Assembly (NCBI RefSeq): GCF_006345805.1
Contig: NW_021824515.1
Location: forward strand, 1 to 18,389
Source: Octopus sinensis
Lineage: Eukaryota
Reading direction: 5' to 3'
Length of the DNA: 18,389 bases
Shown here piece by piece: positions 9,946-18,389 of the stretch. Both the position numbers and the translations under genes were made by a program. Within the stretch, counting starts at the first letter, position 1, and the number at the start of each line of letters is the position of its first letter. The notes below the pieces were generated by a model. The model was not told the origin of the DNA. It did no database searches and saw nothing but the letters and a program-made list of their open reading frames with translations.

Positions 9946-10212
9946 TATCATAAGTTGAAGACGGAAAGATGGCTTCCCTTTGCAAATACTGATAGGGTAC
10001 AGAAAGTGTGTCTATAGCCAGCTGGAGGAGGTGTCCTTCTGGGGCTACAAACTACAGTAGCATCCACCCTTAGGGGTTAGCCATATTTAAGTGGCAAATA
10101 TACGCCTTTTTAGCAAACCGATTCCTTTTTCAGTATTCTTTTCTATGCAAGTTTAGGATTTCTTTTTTTTTTATTTTGAAAAGTTTCATTGGCCTTTTTT
10201 CTTCCCCTCCAT

Positions 10213-10630
10213 TCAGCAGTAAAGAGACACACACGAAACACTGCCATGAACTATTTGCTTCAAATTTTGGCACAAGGTCAGCTAGTTCGATGGGGGGCGA
10301 AGAAGAAGTTAAGTCGATTACTTCAACCCCAGTGTTCAACTGGTACTTATTTTATCGACCCCGAAAAAACATGTAAGGTAAAACCGGCCTCGACGGAATT
10401 TGAACTCAAAACGTAATGGCAGACGAAATATCGCTAAGTATTTCGCCTGATGTGCTAACGATTCTGCCAGCTCATTAACCCTATTACCATGAACTATTGC
10501 CAAACCAATTCTCTGATACAGCAATAAAGTAGGGGCCATTTCATCCATTACTTGGCCTATGTTTGCACCGAAGGCATTCATAATATCCTTTGTCGATTTA
10601 CCGATGAGGGGGTTAAATTTAATTTGGCCG
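10213..10630 (-). pseudogene. C-terminal relic of a CRE-like (restriction-like endonuclease) non-LTR retrotransposon ORF, split by a SINE
   Basis: After removing the SINE and one TSD, it reads ...QIKFNPLIGKSTKDIMNAFGANIGQVMDEMAPTLLLYQRIGLAIVHG[N/S]VSCVSLYC*, resembling the F.P...G...QR.S.AIQRGNA..V motif. Confidence 0.55.
10256..10486 (-). mobile_element. SINE family A monomer (older subfamily) with 12-bp TSD
   Basis: Head, core and Y-type tail present. CCATGAACTATT occurs at 10244-10255 and 10487-10498. Confidence 0.92.
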
Positions 10631-10789
10631 TGGTCACCATTGTTATTGTGAAGCATTAGATCAGCAATTGATATAATAAGCCCAATGTCCTTTTGTCATA
10701 AAAATAGCCGACCCAAAAGCTAAAAGCTAGGCCCAAAAATCTGTTGTGATCTAATAGACAGAATTGTCCACTAATAATAAAATTAAATG

Positions 10790-10929
10790 GTTGTATACTG
10801 TCAATCTAACACGAACATGACAGTAGGGGTGTACACCACGGCTGTTTAGCCCTAGGAAGCATCGACGCCTCCTGATGGCTTTGACACATTTTTCCTGTGT
10901 CCTTATATACATTTACGAAGGGGAGACAA
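10790..10929 (-). mobile_element. Interspersed repeat family D, copy 1 (downstream of a hammerhead)
   Basis: Reverse complement aligns with 17719-17851 (TTGTCTCCCCTT...ATAAGGACACAGGAA...GATGCTTCCTAGGGCTAAA...TTGACAGTAT). Confidence 0.85.
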
Positions 10930-10947
10930 ATACCCCCAGCCGCCCGG

Positions 10948-11003
10948 GCTGCATCGAGGGACACGTGTTTCAGGATGATTGTCCTTCGTCGGCCTAGAGT
11001 AGC
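10948..11003 (-). ncRNA. Near-intact minimal type-I hammerhead ribozyme motif (CCGA core variant)
   Basis: Minus: gctactctagg-CCGACGA-agga-caatca-tcct-GAAA-cacgt-GTC-cctcgatgcagc. Palindromic stem III ACACGTGT. Confidence 0.82.
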
Positions 11004-11071
11004 AGACACCGGTCAGCAGTTGATATTTGCCTCGACTCGTAATGTATATATCTAAATTTCAATTGTTTTAA

Positions 11072-11312
11072 TATGTGTGTGTGTGGTGTATGTGTTTTTG
11101 TGTGTCTGTGTTTGCCCCCCCCCCCAATCATCGCTTGACAACCGAAGTTGGTGTGTTTACGTCCTGTAACTTAACGGCTTTTCAAAAGTGACGTATAGGA
11201 TAAGTACTAGGCTCACAAAGAATAAGTCCTGGGGGTCGATTTGTTCGACTAAAGGCGGTGCTCCAGCATGGCCGCAGTCAAATGACTGAAACAAATAAAA
11301 GAATAAAAGAAT
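11072..11312 (+). mobile_element. SINE family B, 3' half
   Basis: Begins in the internal TG tract and continues CATCGCTTGACAACCG...CCAGCATGGCCGCAGTCAAATGACTGAAACAAATAAAAGAAT. Confidence 0.9.
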
Positions 11313-11433
11313 ATGGTTTTTAAATTACGTTTCATTTTCTGTTTGAAAATAAAGAAAGCAGGGATTATAACGGTGACCACTAATTTCAAAAACTTTTTTA
11401 ACCGAAAAGGCTTCTCATATCGTTTTTAAGCGC

Positions 11434-11819
11434 GTGGAAGCACTCCGTCGGTCACGACGATGAGGGTTCCGGTTGATCCGAATCAACGGAACAGCCTGCT
11501 CGTGAAAATACATGTAAGTGGCTGAGCACTCCACAGACACGTGCACCCTTAACGTAGTTCTCGGGGATATTCAGCGTGACACAGAGAGTGACAAGGCCGG
11601 CCCTTTGAAATACAGGTACAACAGAAACAGGAAGTAAGAGTGAGAGAAAGTTGTGGTGAAAGAGTACAGCAGGGATCACCACTATCCCCTGCCGGAGGCT
11701 CGTGGAGCTTTTAGGTGTTTTCGCTCAATAAACACTCACAACGCCCGGTCTGGGAATCGAAACCGCGATCCTATGACCGCGAGTCCGCTGCCCTAACCAC
11801 TGGGCCATTGCGCCTCCAC
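11434..11819 (-). mobile_element. SINE family C, full length, 11-bp TSD
   Basis: tRNA-like head (A box TGGCCCAGTGG, B box GGTTTCGATTCCC). TTTTTAAGCGC occurs at 11423-11433 and 11820-11830. Second copy at 16578-16973. Confidence 0.95.
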
Positions 11820-12017
11820 TTTTTAAGCGCATAGTGCAAAACAAAATACTGGTCAAAATTGGTACAGAATGGAGAAGGAGGTAGTGAGTATGTATGTATG
11901 TATGTATGTATGAATACCTGCATACACATATGAACATAAATTTGTCGTTAATGGATTGTTTTCTTAACACACCAGATATCAGAATATTCACGTTCGAATC
12001 CGCCGAGACGTATTAAT

Positions 12018-12262
12018 CTTTTACGCTTCTACTTGTTTCAGTCATTTGAATGTGGCCATGCTGGAGCACCGCCTTTTAGTCGAGCAAATCGACCCCCCAG
12101 GACTTATTTTTTTTGTAAGCCTAGTACTTATTCTATCGGTCTCTTTTGCCGAACCGCTAAGTTACGGGGAAGTAAACACACCAGCATCGGTTGTCAACGA
12201 TGTTGGGGGGGGGACAACACAGACACGCAAACATGCACACACACACACACTATTATATATAT

Positions 12263-12308
<46 letters not shown>

Positions 12309-12472
12309 GACGGGCTTCTTTCAGTTTCCGTCCACAAAATCTACTCACAAGGCTTTGGTCGCCCGAGGCTATAGTAGAAGACACTTGCCCAAGGTGCTAC
12401 GCAGTGGGACTGAACCCGGAACCATGTGGTTGGTAAGCAAGCTACTTACCACACAGCCACTCCTACGCCTAT
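12018..12472 (-). mobile_element. SINE family B, full length with expanded internal (TA)n
   Basis: Reverse complement is collinear with 4592-4987. Confidence 0.94.
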
Positions 12473-13481
12473 AATTTGCATATTCATTAAGAATGAATAT
12501 GCAAATGATCGCAACATATTTTAAAATAATTTGATAAGGTGAGGGACATTTCATTTCAAATATTTTGAGGGGACAATCCATTGATGAAATTTCATAGGGA
12601 ACAATTTAATATAATGTAGTTGAGGCACTTTGAGAAGGATGTTCATTGATAATAATTTGACATAGGAAAATCCATTTTAGAAAAACCGTTTCCTTTTCCA
12701 TTAGGGTGAATAACTCAGATAGGAGAAATGATGTACTTCCTCTCAACAATACAATGAAAAGCATCAAATAAATAAATAAAAAATAGATAAGGGATAATGA
12801 GGAGGCAAAAGAGACATTAAAATAACTGGAATAAATAAAAACAAAACAAATAAATAGAACCAAGTGAAAAAGCTTAAGCCGAGTTGCATCGTAATTTAAT
12901 GCTGAATGTATTGTCTATACTATAACAAAGAATGCTACTTAGTAATTAGTTTAGGGTATGTAATTTTTGTAAAAGAAATATATTATTAAAGTCTACACTG
13001 TCTAGAAAATTCTTATAAATTCCCCTTTTAATATCTTTTAATCAAAATATGTTTTCTCAAGATTTATTTTTACAGAAAATTTCAACTTCAAAAACAAAAA
13101 TTTATTTCCATTTACTGCGACATAATCATCCGATTCTGCGAGAAAACGTTTTTTAACATCTCCATTTATATTTCTGGAAATATAAAGGTTACTCAAATAT
13201 TTGCAAGGCTTATAGACATATCTGTAAAAACATTTTTTTCGAAATATGAATATAATCCAGTGTCAGCCAAAACATGCTGGTTCCAATATTCTTTTATATT
13301 TGTTGGGTGTTCTTAAAGAAGTTACAGAAATAGAAGGTTGACTAAGAAATATGCTATGAATTCGCTTACGTCAGTTTTATCCCAAATAAACTTGTATCTA
13401 TAAATAAGGAGACTCGCGGCTTAACATATTTTTATTTTTATTTTTAATTAGATTTAAAACTAATCTTTAAACAGCATTTAA

Positions 13482-13637
13482 ATAGGCACAGAACGTGGGT
13501 GTGTGGTAAGCAGTTTGTTTCCCAACCGCATGGTGCCGAGTTCACTCCCGCTGCATGGCACCTTGGGCGTCTTCTACTATAGCTACAGGCTAACCAAAAC
13601 CTTGTGAGTGAATTTGGTAGACGGAAACAGAAATAAG
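13482..13637 (+). mobile_element. SINE family B, diverged 5' half
   Basis: ATAGGCACAGAACGTGGGTGTGTGGTAAG...CCTTGTGAGTGAATTTGGTAGACGGAAAC. Confidence 0.85.
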
Positions 13638-13805
13638 AATCGTTAGGATGTCAGCGGAAATGCTTAGCAGTATTTCGTCTACTGCTACATTGAGTTCAAA
13701 TTCCGCCGAGGTCAACTTTGTCGTTCATCCTTTCGAGGTCGATAAATTAAGTAACAGCTGGCTCCTCCCCCAAAATTTCGGGCCTTGTGCCTAGAGTAGA
13801 AAAAT
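13636..13805 (+). mobile_element. SINE family A monomer, internally deleted, Y tail
   Basis: AGAATCGTTAG...GAGTTCAAATTCCGCCGAGGTC...CCTTGTGCCTAGAGTAGAAAA. Confidence 0.88.
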
Positions 13806-13809
13806 TAAT

Positions 13810-14570
13810 AAGGCGGTGAGATGGCAGAAACATTAGCACGCCGGGGGAATGCGTAGCCGTATTTCGTCTGCCGTTACGTTCTGAGTTCAAATTCCGCCGA
13901 GGTCGACTTTGCCTTTCATCCTTTCGGGGTCGATAAATTAAGTGCCAGTTTCGCACTGGGGTCGATATAATCGACTTAATCCGTTTGTCTGTCCTTGCTT
14001 GTCCTCTCCGTGTTTAGCCCCTTGTGGGTAATAAAGAAACCGGTATTTCGTGTGTCTTTACGTTCTGAGTTCAAATTCCACCGAAGTTGACTTTGCCTTT
14101 CATCCTTTCGGGGTCGATAAATTAAGTGCCAGTTTCGCACTGGGGTCGATATAATCGACTTAATCCGTTTGTCTGTCCTTGTTTGTCCTCTCTGTGTTTA
14201 GCCCCTTGTGGGTAGTAAAGAAACATGTATTTCGTCTGCCGCTACGTTCTGAGTTCAAATTCCACCGAGGTCGACTTTGCCTTTCATCCTTTCAGGAATG
14301 ATTAAATAAGTACCAGTTACGCACTGGGGTCGATATAATCGACTTAATCCGTTTGTCTGTCCTTGTTTAGCCCCTTGTGGGTAGTAAAGAAATAGAAATA
14401 GGTATTTCATCTGCCGCTACGTTCTGAGTTCAAATTCCGCCGATGTCGACTTTGCCTTTCATCCTTTCGGAGGTCAATTAAATAAGTACCAGTTGCGCAC
14501 TGGGGTCGATATGATCGACTAGCCCCCTCCCCAAAAATATCGGGACTTGTGCCTTGAGTAGAAAAGAATA
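13810..14570 (+). mobile_element. SINE family A with internal tandem array (head, 3 core+X units, final core+Y tail)
   Basis: Unit starts GTATTTC at 13859, 14043, 14227 and 14402 (periods 184, 184, 175). Confidence 0.95.
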
Positions 14571-14949
14571 TTTTGCTTACTTCTCTTCGATTCCTTGCTT
14601 TTAGTCATTTCGACGTTTGTCGCCAAATTACTTCCCGTTCATTACAATATATGTAAACCTGATTTATCTTCTTTACACTCATTTAATGCTCAGATACGAT
14701 ACAGGAGAGAAGTCACACTTGCTTCGGGCCTACAAACAAGACTGTTGTCTTACGATTCTATCTTGAATTTCACTGGAATTTTGTTCTGTTTTGCCATTAT
14801 CTTACCGCCTGACGAATCTCTGAGAAGATGGTATCGGCCGAATAATTCATGTACAAGCGCACACACGCTCATGTTCAAGGATTTTTTTTTTTTTTTTCTG
14901 ATGTTGCCTTGTTAGTTGTTAAACGATAAAATACATCCGAAGACAGGAA

Positions 14950-15163
14950 TACATACATACATACATATATATTATATATTTATAATATATATATATACAT
15001 ATCTATATACATATATATACATATATATATATACATATATTATAATATATATACATATATATATACATAATATATATACATATATATACATATATATATA
15101 TTATATAATATATATATATATATATTATATATATAAATATGTATATTATGTGTATATAGGTAC

Positions 15164-15232
<69 letters not shown>

Positions 15233-15606
15233 GCAAATACATGCATATATATATATATACATTATATATATATATGTATGTATATATATGTATATATATG
15301 TGTATATAGATACATATGTATATATATATTATATATAATATATATTATATATATATATGTATATATACATACATATACATATATATATATATAATATATA
15401 TATATATAATATATTATATATATATATATATATACATACATATACATTATATATGTATGTATATATACGCACACAAACATATATATAAATTGTATATATA
15501 TGTATATATACATACATGTATGTGTGTACATATATATCTATATGTATATACTTGTACATGTATATATACATGTGTTGTTATAAGTATTTGTAGGCATATA
15601 TGTATA
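14950..15606. repeat. Long compound (TA)n/(TACA)n microsatellite
   Basis: Directly visible. Confidence 0.95.
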
Positions 15607-15859
15607 AATTAATGTTCGTATATGTCGTTGATCACAGAATAAAATACCCCAAAACAGGACTGGAATTTGGCAGCTTCCTGTGATAAACAAAATAAAAAGC
15701 CAGTTAACACATTTCTTTATTTTGGAAAACAAGAAACAAAATACTTGTTTGCCAAACATTCTGTCTCGTCGGTGCTAACCAGACGGAGAGCAACACCGAT
15801 GATATATCCTCGCTTGCGTTCGTAGTTAATAGGCCTCGAATATCTTGTAGAATAATTAT

Positions 15860-16025
15860 TAATGGCCGCGTGGTTAAAAAAAAAAAATTCGCTTTGTAGT
15901 CACGTGGGTCCGGGTTCGGGTTCGGTTTCATTACGTAGCGTATTAGGGAAGTGTCTTTTATCAAAGAAACGACTTGACCCGAGATTCTTGAGCTAAATTG
16001 ACTTGACGAGAGAGAAACTGTGCAT
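15860..16025 (+). mobile_element. Old decayed SINE head related to family B
   Basis: TGGCCGCGTGGTT A box, CCGGGTTCG B box, GGGAAGTGTCTTTTA CORE-like segment, GAAACTG. Confidence 0.6.
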
Positions 16026-16068
16026 ATGCTTGTTCTGTGAAATGCAGCTGTAATTAAGCGATAGACTT

Positions 16069-16225
16069 GTGGCTGTGTGGTAAGTAGCTTGTTTACCAAC
16101 TACATGGTTCCGGGTTCAGTCCCACTGCATGGCATCTTGGGCAAGTGTCTTCTGCTATAGCCTCGGGCCGACCAAAGGCTCATGAGTGGATTTGGTAGAC
16201 GGAAACTGAAAAGAAGCCCGTCGTA

Positions 16226-16257
<32 letters not shown>

Positions 16258-16499
16258 AATGTATGTGTATGTGTGCGTGTTTGTGTGTCTGTGTTTGTCC
16301 CCCTAGCATTGCTTGACAACCGATGCTGGTGTGTTTATGTCCCCGTTACTTAGCGGTTCAGCAAAAGAGACTGATAGAATAAGTACTGGGCTTACAAAAG
16401 AATAAGTCCCGGGGTCGAGTTGCTCGACTAAAAGGCGGTGCTCCAGCATGGCTGCAGTCAAATGACTGAAACAAGTAAAAGAGTAAAAGAGAGAGAGTA
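16069..16499 (+). mobile_element. SINE family B, near full length
   Basis: Collinear with 4592-4987 and lacks the first ~10 nt. Confidence 0.94.
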
Positions 16500-16577
16500 T
16501 TATTCTTGCGCGTTTTTCTTGCGTTTTCCTTCATTTTTTTTATCTTGCTTGCTATTTTCTTCGGTTTATTCTAACAG

Positions 16578-16973
16578 TCTGTTTGTTTTGTTGGCTCTCC
16601 GTCGGTTGCGACGACGAAGGTTCCAGTTCATTCGATCAACGGAACAGCCTGCTTGTGAAATGAACGTGCAAGTGGCTGAGCACTCCACAGACACGTGTAC
16701 CCTTAACGTAGTTCTCGGCGAGACTCAGTGTGACACAGAGTGTGACAAGGCTGGTCCCTTTGAAATACAGATAGAACAGAAACAGGAAAAAAGAGTGAGA
16801 GAAAGTTGTGGTGAAAGAGTACAGCAGGGATCACCACCATCCCCTGCCGGAGCTTTGTGGATCTTTAGGTATTTTCGCTCAATAAACAATCACAACGTCC
16901 GGTCTGGGAATCGAAACCACGATCATATGACCGCGAGTCCGTTGCCCTAACCACTGGGCCATTGCGCCTCCTC
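16578..16973 (-). mobile_element. SINE family C, full length, imperfect 9-bp TSD
   Basis: Aligns to 11434-11819 and has a CAA(A)-repeat tail. TTCTAACAG at 16569-16577 pairs with TTCTAGCAG at 16974-16982 as the TSD. Confidence 0.93.
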
Positions 16974-16982
16974 TTCTAGCAG

Positions 16983-17228
16983 GTGAAAGCACATGGCCTA
17001 GTGGTTTAGAGTTTTGCAACTCCGATCACAACATTGCAGTTCCGATTCCAGACCAGGCAGTACGTTGCGTTCTGGAGTCAAATGCTCCGTTTCGCACTGT
17101 TCCAGTACTCTCATCTGTAAATTTATAAATCTGCGACAGACTGACGCCCTGTTCAAGAGTGATGAGATCTTAGTGACTTATACGCCATGGAAGCCGAATA
17201 ACCCCGGCCCGATAAGCCATAGGACTTA
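16983..17228 (+). mobile_element. Ancient decayed tRNA-derived CORE-type SINE (family E)
   Basis: A box TGGCCTAGTGG, B-box-like GTTCCGATTCC, GTTGCGTTCTGGAGTCAAA (CORE-like), CTGCGACAGACTG...GGAAGCCGAATAACCCCGGCCCGATAAGCC. Confidence 0.6.
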
Positions 17229-17718
17229 GACCGTACCTTCTTATTCTAATACCAGAGATATCAAAATTTTCAGACCAGGATGAACGACTAATGTACATCA
17301 AAAAACATAATGCACAATTCTGCATTTTAAAACATTGTATTTCATCTTCAGTACTAAAGTTTATATCAAATATAGAAACGTAGAGTTGCTACACGCTTGT
17401 GCATTTTATGTTGCATGCAAGAACAAGTAATCTGACTAATTGGTAATGATTCATTGATGAACATGTTGCAACTGTTTGCACAACGAGTTGTTGTTCTTCG
17501 CACAATGCACCTATATACAGATGCACAAAGCTTTATATGCACCCATATGTCTGCGCTGTCATGTGCCCGGAATGGTAGGATGTTCGTAGACACACATTTC
17601 TTTGACTGCATCCATCTGTAGACGAGTATTTGTGCCCGAAATATATAAAGGATATTTTCTTTTTAACTTTCCTTTCTGCATTGTTAGAAGCTTTCCTCAT
17701 TTCCCTTTTCATTATTGC

Positions 17719-17851
17719 TTGTCTCCCCTTTGTAAACATAAGGACACAGGAACAGTGTCAAGGCCGACAGGAAGCGTTGATGCTTCCTAGGGCTAAATAG
17801 CGGCGTGTGATTCCCTTATGGGACTGTCACGTTAAGTTGACAGTATGCAAC
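17719..17851 (+). mobile_element. Interspersed repeat family D, copy 2
   Basis: Homologous to the reverse complement of 10790-10929. Confidence 0.85.
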
Positions 17852-17942
17852 TGCTCGGTCGTTCCACCACTGCTTATATCTCTCTGAAATATTTAGAAAT
17901 TTAATATTTCTATTTTTCTTTCCACTATTATTTTCTGGAATA

Positions 17943-17972
17943 CTAGCAATGCATCCCGGTGTTGCCCGAGAG
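17943..17972 (-). mobile_element. Helitron 3' terminus (element body extends to higher coordinates, extent unknown)
   Basis: Minus: CTCGG-GCAACA-CCGGG hairpin, 8 nt, then CTAG followed by host T. Confidence 0.7.
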
Positions 17973-18389
17973 GTATGACCTACAGTCACATTGTATTATT
18001 TGTTCCTTTCTTATGGACAGAATCGGTACAGCTGATATATAGTGAACTGGATTACTGGCGTAATGGCAGTTATTGTTTGTTCAAATGTGAAGCGGGGAGG
18101 GTACAATTCGCACGGGTTTGCATGAAAGTGCTTCCTTTTCTTAAGAAGGATCACAAACTATGTATTATTTCATCGTATAAAAAGGGGTAAATACGATTTT
18201 ACCCTGGAATCACGTTTTCAATTTTCTAATTTCCCCCCGTACCCACTGCAATTTCTTAATTTGTAACTTTTTCCGAATTTCTTTTATCTACCTAGAAAAT
18301 ACAGAGATTACGAATCTAGGAAATACATATTTTTTTTAATTTAATTTTTTTTTTCAAGAAACACTCAATGTCCCTTCCCCCCACCTCAC

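Noticed and set aside
11750-11819. tRNA gene
   Set aside because: A and B boxes are present, but it is the head of a TSD-flanked multicopy SINE without a proper acceptor stem.
14806-14850. CTGACGA followed by a small hairpin
   Set aside because: There is no GAAA, stem III or stem I partner in the right position.
1199-15612. Many 60-220 aa ORFs rich in YI/CV/HT/MYVC
   Set aside because: These are translations of stop-free TA, TG, CA and TACA microsatellites, not genes.
16455-16485. B tail hairpin followed by GAAACAAGTA as a half-hammerhead
   Set aside because: No upstream CUGANGA in any copy. It is better explained as a LINE-type 3' stem-loop.
16438-16950. 170-aa ORF
   Set aside because: It spans a B SINE tail and the antisense strand of a C SINE, and shows no protein motif.
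17366-17640. Cys-rich ORFs in balanced-composition sequence
   Set aside because: No recognisable domain spacing in any frame. Needs a BLASTX search to say more.

Overview
Non-coding, AT-rich eukaryotic DNA packed with compound microsatellites and interspersed repeats. The tRNA-derived SINE families match my recollection of octopus (cephalopod) repeats, so the source organism is an inference. No intact protein-coding gene is supported, and almost all listed ORFs are microsatellite or SINE read-through. The window holds three recurring SINE families, labelled A, B and C here, some with target-site duplications. Family A forms two ~184-bp tandem arrays. Also present are older SINE relics, a Helitron 3' end, and a SINE-interrupted C-terminal relic of a CRE-like/RLE retrotransposon. 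The main hidden signal is seven type-I hammerhead-ribozyme-like motifs in at least six unrelated sequence contexts, at about 0.8, 4.3, 5.7, 6.4, 7.1, 9.9 and 10.9 kb. All have a self-complementary (palindromic) stem III and different but paired stem II sequences. Several sit in long hairpins or inverted/direct-repeat structures between (TA)n tracts. This points to a diverse set of non-autonomous Penelope-like or retrozyme-type elements.
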